This document shows, in pieces, positions 33,456 through 34,789 of a stretch of DNA of 34,789 bases (positions are counted from its first letter, which is position 1; every line of letters starts with the position of its first letter). The notes below the pieces were generated by a model. The model was given only the letters and a program-made list of their open reading frames with translations, had not been told where the DNA came from and did no database searches. Location: positions 1-34,789 of the forward strand of contig JALAGF010005307.1 in NCBI GenBank assembly GCA_030167865.1, given 5' to 3'. Position numbers and translations under genes: made by a program. The stretch comes from Craspedostauros australis (taxonomy: Eukaryota).

Positions 33456-34223
33456 GCTGAACAAGCAGATGCAATCATGAGGATTCCAGCAGGAGATTGA
33501 CCTTCAGGAGATAAGAGCAATGAAGAGCTCACAGTTCGAAGAAGTAGATTCAAATATCGATTTGCTTTCTACTACTAACACCACCCCGGATTTCCAACGC
33601 GAATCAAAGGTATCACTTCAAATGGCTTCACATCACATGACATCGAAGACATGGTGCTGTGTGGTCGTAGTATAGTACAATGGTGCAGATTCAATGCCTC
33701 GACTTGACTTGTCTATTCCATGATTACATTCCAAGAACTTCCCATTGCGGAATGTGCACGCATTCAGCTGCACATGCACTTTTGTCCAACGTGCGGCCAT
33801 GATACGACATCTTGCCATCACCCCTTGCAACCAGCTGGTTGCCCCATCATCGACTCGAAATTGGATCCTTACCAGAGTGGCGAGCGGTGGCATCTCCAGT
33901 TGACCCACGATGGCACGCTCCTCAACTGACGATTAAGTACTACTTGGCACATCATCTTCCTCCTTCTCTTCTCCCTCAGGATTCTCAGGATCGGCTGTCG
34001 CTGCAGCATCGGCAGCTTGGCCTGCAGCGTCTTCCTCGATCTGCGACAGGCGCATGGAGAAGCGACGGGACAAGCGCTCCGCCATCAACGTGCGATTGTC
34101 GCGAGCATTGTCATATTCCTCATGACACTGCACAGTCGAAGAAGCAACCAAAGATCGTAGCGGAAAGGGATGGATGGTTTCGGAACAAAGACATCATGTG
34201 AGATGCGAGTACGATAGCGTGAC

Positions 34224-34264
34224 GAATGAATGAATGAATGGATAGATGGATGGATGGCTGAATG
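34224..34264. repeat. Compound (GAAT)n/(GGAT)n simple repeat
   Basis: gaatgaatgaatgaatggatagatggatggatggctgaatg read directly. Confidence 0.7.
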
Positions 34265-34789
34265 GTCGGCAACACAGATGTACCATACACGCGCACCATC
34301 ATGCCAGCTGCGCATACTATCCATGCAAACCGCCCACCCATACCAAATGAAACACACCTGTTGGAAATCCGGGGTAACCCAGTCTCTAGTAGTAGTATCT
34401 GATTACCTATTCCTGTTGTTGCATTGTTGGAACTGTGAGTACAACATCTCCATCTCTTTCAATTCCATTTGCCATAGCATACATAATCCACAGTAGCACA
34501 CAGTCTTGCCCTTGCTCATGTGGTGCTGTCTCCTGCTTCATCATGTCATGCATCATGCACTTCATGTACATCTCATCTTGCAGTATCGATGCATCTCATC
34601 ATTCATCTCAGATATTCCATCTCCTGCTCTCTGCATGCATCTCATCATGTATTTCAGTAGTTTCATTTCGCTCTACGCTCATGCAGTACATCTCGTAGTC
34701 ATCTCGGTATCTCCTCACAGGTTTCGTATCGATCGATCCCACATCGTCCTCGATTCCTCAGAATTCCTCTCACACGACCATCATGTCAC

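Noticed and set aside
32280..33930. Decayed protein-coding frame interrupted by LTR copy C
   Set aside because: Some frames read protein-like with TGA/TAG stops that could derive from deamination, but stop density is about random and I recognise no family.

Overview
Eukaryotic nuclear DNA, not prokaryotic: genes carry GT-AG spliceosomal introns and organelle-targeting leaders. Gene content and style suggest a diatom, probably a pennate (inference). A gene-rich core (~4.2-31.5 kb) holds 11 supportable protein-coding genes: a large STAND/AAA_16-type ATPase with a helical C-terminus, an uncharacterised SAM methyltransferase, a TLC-domain membrane protein, a signal-peptide-bearing TPMT-family methyltransferase, a GLB3-type truncated hemoglobin, a secreted SASA/CE6-type SGNH esterase, thioredoxin, a proteasome beta-3 subunit with a signal-like leader, a 4-exon M6 metalloprotease with a mucin-like tail, a TRIP4/Rqt4 C2HC5 zinc-finger protein and a cysteine-less COX5B homolog. 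A deleted TPMT pseudogene lies next to the intact gene. Both flanks are CpG-depleted repeat terrain containing three ~0.8 kb copies of one TG...CA solo-LTR-like element of different ages. I found no rRNA, tRNA, CRISPR array or clear novel multi-gene system. The best leads are individual oddities: the possibly periplastid-targeted beta-3, the zinc-ligand-free COX5B, the microhomology-deleted TPMT duplicate, and the LTR with a 6-bp target duplication plus a CpG-decay series. All family calls come from motif recognition by eye, not from database searches.
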